DNA of 51,087 nt from Chromera velia (lineage: Eukaryota): positions 1-51,087 of the forward strand of contig JAHBMJ010000326.1 in the NCBI GenBank assembly GCA_018398765.1, read 5' to 3'. The translations under genes were made by a program, and so were the position numbers. The notes below the pieces were generated by a model. That model saw only the letters and a list, made by a program, of their open reading frames with translations. It was not told the DNA's origin and did no database searches. Of the stretch, positions 48,128 to 51,087 are shown piece by piece. Within the stretch, counting starts at the first letter, position 1; every line of letters starts with the position of its first letter.

Positions 48128-49066
48128 CCAGGCCATACCGACAATGAACACTAGCATACATATTCCTACCACAGAGAGCTAGACAGAGAGGTCCGAAAGG
48201 TTCAAATATCGTAAAAGTCAAACAGTCAGAAACGGTCACAGTCTGTGTGGATGCACTGCCTCTGCATGCATGAATTACGCATGAATATATAGGGAAAAAA
48301 CCCACCAAACATACAAACAGAGGCTCCACCCGGCTTTTTAGAGTTGTATGGGGGACTGCCTGCCTGCAGGGATACATATGCATACATAAAGTCCAAAATC
48401 ACTCAGACAGCAGTACCAGTCTATGCATGCATAGCTGCTTTCGTTGCTTACCTATCCCGTTCCTCACTGGACTGTAGCAGTCCGAGTCACACACGGCTTG
48501 CCTAGTCAGACATACAAGCTCCCGGTAAAATACTATGAAACTACTAGGTAGATTAGGGAACATGCTTAGTAGACCGGGGGGTCTTCTAGGCAGTCTACCT
48601 GGGGTCTATCAGGCAAGTGTATAGTGACTCCTAGGGAGCTACCGAGCAAACACTAAAACATTTCTAGGCATTATCTAAGTAAGTTCCTATCCTATCCTAA
48701 GTAAGCTTAGACAAAGAGTTCTTTGAAAAAACGGTGTTAGATAATGATACTTATATAGAAATAATCATAATATGATTTTAGAGCATTAAGAGTCAGCATT
48801 TAAAATATTTTTTTAAGGTAACCTCCAAGGTGTTTTGCCTAGAAACAAACCCATTAGCCATGCATAGCCCAAGCCACAGTCGTTGAGGCTTGGGCAGTAG
48901 CTACAATCCCTCCCCTTCCCCTTCCCCTTCTCCGTCCCCTCACACCCTTGTTAGTAGTCACCCCCTTAGAGCGTTTTTGCCCTGTAGGTGCCTCTACCCC
49001 CCCCTCCTCTCTCCATGTCTGCCACCCCCCCCTCTCCACAGTTTCTCTCCTCTCCCTTCACTGCCC

Positions 49067-49764
49067 TTAGCCAGAAGCAGACCCATCGGCCAAAGCCGGT
49101 GGGGCTGGCGCAACTCCGCATCCTGCCTCCCTGCCTCCCCTTACACCTCTGCCTCTCCTTGCACCTCTTCCGGAGCATCCTCGCCCGGTAGGTGCCTCTG
49201 CTCTCTCCTCTCCCCCCTCCTCCTCCTCCCCCCCCTCCTCCTCCTCCTCCTCTTCATCCTCTCCTCCTTCCCCCTCTTCATAACTTCCTGAAGAGTAACT
49301 GTTGCCTGCCGCTGCTGCACTTATAGCTTTTTTCTTTCTTCGATCATTCACCATCTGTGCCTCTTTGTTTTCAAGTGCTCTCTTCATTGCCTCGCCTCCA
49401 AGATTGATATGCAATTCTTTGTAAATCCCTACAAAAAACGCCACGCGAAGCAAAATTTCATACATCACATACTTGAACTTCTTTTTAGAGTTAACCTGTG
49501 GCAGCATCCTTTTGTCATCCCCCGCCCATTTCCATCCTTGAATACACATCAGGACCAGATCTACAGACCCCCCCCCTTGTGCTTAAGCAGTGAAAAGTTG
49601 AGAGTTTTGTTCTCGACATTTGCATAAAAAGTACTGTTGGGCGGCGTTGTCTCTGTTCTAAGAGCGTACCCCGCAAACTCATCCACCTGAGTCTCTTTCC
49701 TATCAACCATCTTGTCGTACTTGGCTTTCAGACGAGCCTTCGCGGCTCCGTTCGTGAGGTCCAT
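49067..49764 (-). pseudogene. Frameshifted ORF with acidic tail in an AT-rich repeat-like region; possible transposase C-terminal remnant
   Basis: The 67-aa and 160-aa ORFs join by a shift in the C-run at 49568-49576. FAGYALR...LKHKGGGL loosely recalls the AGY...GGL C-terminal motifs of P/THAP9 transposases. Confidence 0.3.
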
Positions 49765-51087
49765 CTCGGCTTTCAGAGTTGACAGAGTCTTCAGGCTTGT
49801 GCCTTTAAAAGTGGACTTTTGCCCTCAAGTTGGACTTTTAAAAACATGATTCATACTATAAAAGTTTTTCTTGTATCTTAATCTAGATCTTGACTGATCC
49901 TGAATGGTCAAAACTATAATAAACTATAACAGATTTAATATTCAAAAAAATTTTTATGTCTAAAAAAAATTTAAAATAAAAATGTATGGAGTTAAAACCT
50001 GCGGCATGTTATAGAAAAGCAAGGGTCAAATTAAATTTCTCTGAGTTTGAGTCGTTTGGTTGATCTAAAATCTAATTAAAAGGTACCGAGATTCTTAATT
50101 TTTTTTTGTTATTTCACGATTATCCTTACTAAGGCTTATTTACCCTTACTTATAGCCAACACAGTTATGTACAAAAAAAATCTACGATCGATCAACCAAT
50201 AAAAAAAAAAAAAAAATCAAAAGAAATCGAAAGAAAACACCAGATACTTACAGAAGTGGTGAGACTAAAGAAAGTCTAAAGAAAGCGCACGAAACCATAA
50301 GCCAGTATGCGAAGGATGTGTATAGCGCCGGGCAAGTTGCACACACATTGTATGGGAGGAGGCCGCGCGCGCGGCATGCATTAATGCATTGTCAAACCCC
50401 CGGCCCGCAGGGCGCTGTGCGCACGATTTTGGCCCCGGCTGCATGCATGACCTGTGGCGGGGCATACCGGGGCCCTCGACGGCCGGAAAAGCCGATTTTG
50501 CTCAAATTCAACAAATAAGAAATCGGTTTTCTATATATATTATATCGATATATAGCATCCCAGCTGCTGGAAAAAGAGTACTTCATCAACAGCATGTGAG
50601 TCATTTCAATGATTTGGTTCCATGCTGAGCGCTCCCAGAGAGCTTCTGGGTGGGTGAGGAGCATTTTGGTTCGGAAATTGAGGCTTGGACCGACGGGCTC
50701 GAGGACCAGGCTCGAGGAGATTATGGAAATGCTGTCCACGTACGTGCGGGAGGCCGACCTGAGCAACACCGGGAGAAAGGGGGCTAGGAGGCCTCTATCA
50801 ACTGAGATTCAACTCAGGCAAGTCCATTTGGTAGGGAAAGATAGCTCTTGATGAGAAGAATCACGACAATGGTTTTGTATCATACATACATATAAATAAT
50901 TTCAACCCATGCATGACAGGCCGACACATGCCGACACAGCGTCCCCTGGGTCGTCTAAGGAAGCAAGAATCGAGCTTTGGGGTTCCAAAGAAGCAAGTTA
51001 TGAATTGCTGGAAGCCTGTTTTCTTATACGGTCTGTGTGACGATTTCGAAATTTTTACCGAGGAAGGGCCGATCTCGGTAAAAATGG

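Noticed and set aside
50392..50851. Short opposing ORFs near the window end
   Set aside because: No recognisable motif or splice support.
1..51087. tRNA/rRNA genes
   Set aside because: No cloverleaf or conserved rRNA motifs were recognised by eye. A tRNAscan/Infernal run would be needed to exclude them.

Overview
Eukaryotic nuclear DNA with GT-AG introns and microsatellite-filled introns. It is probably from a chromerid/apicomplexan-related alveolate; this is an inference from an apicomplexan-style bL20 protein and abundant TGCATGCA motifs. Host genes: a 3-exon organellar ribosomal protein L20 gene; a very large 6-exon patatin-like phospholipase gene with a signal/transit-like leader; a low-complexity multi-exon gene; and a frameshifted multi-pass membrane protein gene. 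The intergenic space is a transposon graveyard. It holds a full-length decayed chromodomain Gypsy element (252-bp LTRs, 5-bp TSD) and an adjacent decayed Copia element with unusual AGT...ACT LTR ends and two nested insertions. It also holds a hAT MITE, a foldback MITE, and a three-level nest (P-like > hAT > CTAC-ended MITE). The most striking signal is the mutation spectrum of the repeats. LTR pairs, TSDs, inverted-repeat arms and a captured MYND finger differ almost only by C>T/G>A transitions on both strands, and CpA/TpG sites are hit as often as CpG. That resembles fungal RIP, but here in an apparently non-fungal genome. 13.6-16.1 kb contains probable assembly artefacts. All alignments and counts were done by eye.
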